Positions 63,385-64,000 of a DNA stretch of 64,000 nucleotides are shown piece after piece (the first letter of the stretch is position 1; the number at the start of each line of letters is the position of its first letter). A program made the position numbers and the translations under genes. Source of the DNA: Macrostomum lignano (lineage: Eukaryota). The stretch lies in contig NIVC01000825.1 of assembly GCA_002269645.1 (NCBI GenBank), positions 1 through 64,000 of the forward strand, given 5' to 3'. The notes beneath the pieces were generated by a model. It worked only from the letters and a program-made list of their open reading frames with translations, was not told the origin of the DNA and searched no databases.

Positions 63385-64000
63385 TATACTTTTGAAAGCA
63401 GCTAAGAAACTTTCTTATTACTTTTTCCTTTCTATGGATGGACTACGATTCAGATAAAGAAATTCGAAGTTGTTTACTATATAATTAAGTCCAGAGTCTA
63501 GACTGTGCGGTTGGCCAGCCGCAAAACCAAACCAAAGAAAGCAATAAAATGATTCCCCCTCCCCCCCCCCCCGAGGCTTGTGTACATTACCCCGCGTAAG
63601 CTAGTGTAAATCTGATAATGGTGTACATTAGGTTTGTAACGTACGCTTATTATAGCTCCACCCCTCCCTGCTCCCCTCCCCTCCCCTCCACGGCTCGCGC
63701 CTGACGGCTAGCCGTGTAAATTCACTAGTAGAAAACGCCCGCGGCTAGCCAAGTGGATCCATCCACCTTAAATCCACATTCCACACAAGGCTAGCCCTAC
63801 CCGTGCCCCATATGCGCTACTCGGTGCTAGTACGACCGAAACGAGTTGACATTGACACTGACAGTGAGGTCTAGGGAACAATTTTGGATGGCGAATTTCA
63901 AAACAAAATTGCTCCAAAATTTTACAAGTTCGGTGCTTTGATTTGTGCCAGATGTCAAAATTCGTAGAAAAGATGGAATTTTAAGATGAAATAACAAAAA

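Overview
Animal (invertebrate) nuclear genomic DNA with GT-AG spliced genes. There is no prokaryotic operon and no CRISPR array. The innexin, GC-rich low-complexity exons and very high simple-repeat load suggest a free-living flatworm such as Macrostomum, but that is an inference. By hand-splicing I can build 8 protein genes: a divergent alpha-tubulin (-), GLE1-like (+, 4 exons), BBS2 (+, 7 exons), an orphan rhodopsin-type GPCR (+, 2 exons), an ankyrin-repeat protein (-), an unrecognised 5-exon gene (-), an Egalitarian-like winged-helix protein with no exonuclease domain (-, 4 exons) and an innexin (-). Most long ORFs in the supplied track are translations of micro/minisatellites. Nearly every large intron holds its own unrelated tandem array. 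Mobile DNA includes two tRNA-derived SINE families (one CORE/MIR-like), four TIR MITEs with about 8-bp TSDs, a piggyBac fossil and two Crypton-like tyrosine-recombinase fragments. The most striking signal is a set of sharply bounded islands (about 5.9-10.3, 16.7-17.9 and 56.4-57.7 kb) that are almost free of CpG and rich in TpA. Fossil ORFs in the first island show C->T changes at both CpG and CpA, resembling fungal RIP. Three genes show an apparent single frameshift near their 3' ends, which may be long-read consensus errors. All coordinates were read by eye and repeat boundaries are approximate (+/- tens of bp).
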